A stretch of 64,000 nt of DNA from contig JAYPQH010000001.1 in the NCBI GenBank assembly GCA_038131935.1, forward strand, positions 1 to 64,000, read 5' to 3'. The stretch's first letter is position 1. Every line of letters begins with the position of its first letter. The notes below the pieces were generated by a model that saw only the letters and a list, made by a program, of their open reading frames with translations, ran no database searches and was not told the origin of the DNA. Source of the DNA: Alphaproteobacteria bacterium. GTDB lineage: Bacteria > Pseudomonadota > Alphaproteobacteria > UBA8317. The translations under genes were made by a program, and so were the position numbers. Below, one piece after another: positions 63,137 through 64,000 of this stretch.

Positions 63137-63667
63137 ATGAGTCGTTTATTTGGTAGTATGAAACAAGTTGGCATCGTTGTCAGGGATATCGACAAGGCCA
63201 TGCATCATTGGGCGCAGGTTTGTGGTGTGGGACCATGGTTTTATACAGAAAAGCTCCCCCTCACTTCCTTTCAATATGGCGGGGAACATTTTGATGATAT
63301 TCACCTCTCCATCGCCCTTGCCAATTCAGGCGATATCCAATTGGAGTTGATCCAACAACGTTGTGACCGCCCAAGTATGTATCGTGATTTTTTAAATGCT
63401 GGTCATGAAGGCATGCAACATTGGTCAAGTTGGCCTGAAAATTATGATGATCTTTTGGATGCCGCTTTACAAAAGGGCTATCAAATTGGTCATCAGGGTA
63501 ATTCTCCAAGAGGTCGCTTTGTCTATTTGGCGGCCCAAGATCATCCAGGTAGTGTGATAGAGATGGCTGAATTAACGCCCACACGGTCTTCTATTTTCAA
63601 TGCGGTGAAAGAAGCTGCGCGTGACTGGGATGGCACAGATCCTATCCGCTATGCTTGGCCAGAATAA
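63137..63667 (+). CDS. VOC/glyoxalase superfamily protein (methylmalonyl-CoA epimerase-like fold)
   Basis: QVGIVVRDID, GVGPW, LELIQ, YRDFL..GHEGMQH, VIEM. Confidence 0.88.
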   Translation: MSRLFGSMKQVGIVVRDIDKAMHHWAQVCGVGPWFYTEKLPLTSFQYGGEHFDDIHLSIALANSGDIQLELIQQRCDRPSMYRDFLNAGHEGMQHWSSWPENYDDLLDAALQKGYQIGHQGNSPRGRFVYLAAQDHPGSVIEMAELTPTRSSIFNAVKEAARDWDGTDPIRYAWPE

Positions 63668-63740
63668 CCCCAACATGCAATCAACGCCATGAATGGCTGT
63701 GCATGATAAATCCAAATATGCAAAACCCCCTGAGGATCAA

Positions 63741-64000
63741 ATGAATAAGAATTTTACACCCAACGTCTTAAAAAATAGTGATCAAAATACGCAAAATATG
63801 TTGGAGGATGAGGCATCACTTGCTCAAATTTGGTCCGAATTTGCATTCAACACCAACGCTGAAACCATCCCGGAAAATGTTAAATCACAAGCCAAATATT
63901 TCATTCTGGATGCATTGGGGACAGCATTTGCCTGTCAATCACAACCTTTTGTTTCAGCCATATATTCTGGACTTGCGAGCATGCCAGAACCCGCCACCCA
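63741..64000 (+). CDS. MmgE/PrpD family protein, N-terminal part (runs off window end)
   Basis: GAGG RBS; frame open to the end; LAQIWSEFA...IPENVKSQAKYFILDALGTAFA matches the PrpD-family N-terminus. Confidence 0.75.
   Translation, partial: MNKNFTPNVLKNSDQNTQNMLEDEASLAQIWSEFAFNTNAETIPENVKSQAKYFILDALGTAFACQSQPFVSAIYSGLASMPEPAT

Overview
Gene-dense, ~47% GC alphaproteobacterial chromosome segment. The tRNA-His lacking G-1, plus GapR, TrcR/DUF1013, an MmgR/suhB-type sRNA, an alpha-type 6S RNA and CIRCE-groESL, point to the Rhizobiales/Rhodobacterales/Caulobacterales side of the class. Positions 1-53220 are core genome: folP-ftsH-tilS-tol/pal-ruvCAB-yebC; 6S RNA-zapA; a tkt-gap-pgk-fda-efp-suhB run ending in an orphan MotA/MotB-like pair; an ABC exporter, rpmE, trcR, ubiX, purEK, rpsU and pntAAB; two tandem OmpA lipoproteins; gapR; glcDEF with glycerate kinase; rpmJ, groESL and four tRNAs. 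After tRNA-Phe (53221 to the end) is an accessory catabolic block: Liv-type ABC importer, CnbZ-like deaminase, LigI-like lactonase, SDR, amidase, VOC protein and a partial MmgE/PrpD protein. At least nine genes, some essential, are broken by indels mostly in homopolymer runs, most likely long-read consensus errors. No CRISPR array, rRNA, intact transposase or prophage was seen. The best candidates for undescribed biology are the non-flagellar MotA/MotB-like motor with a ~460-residue coiled-coil stalk and the tRNA-Phe-linked catabolic island. All family calls come from motif recognition by eye; no database search was run.
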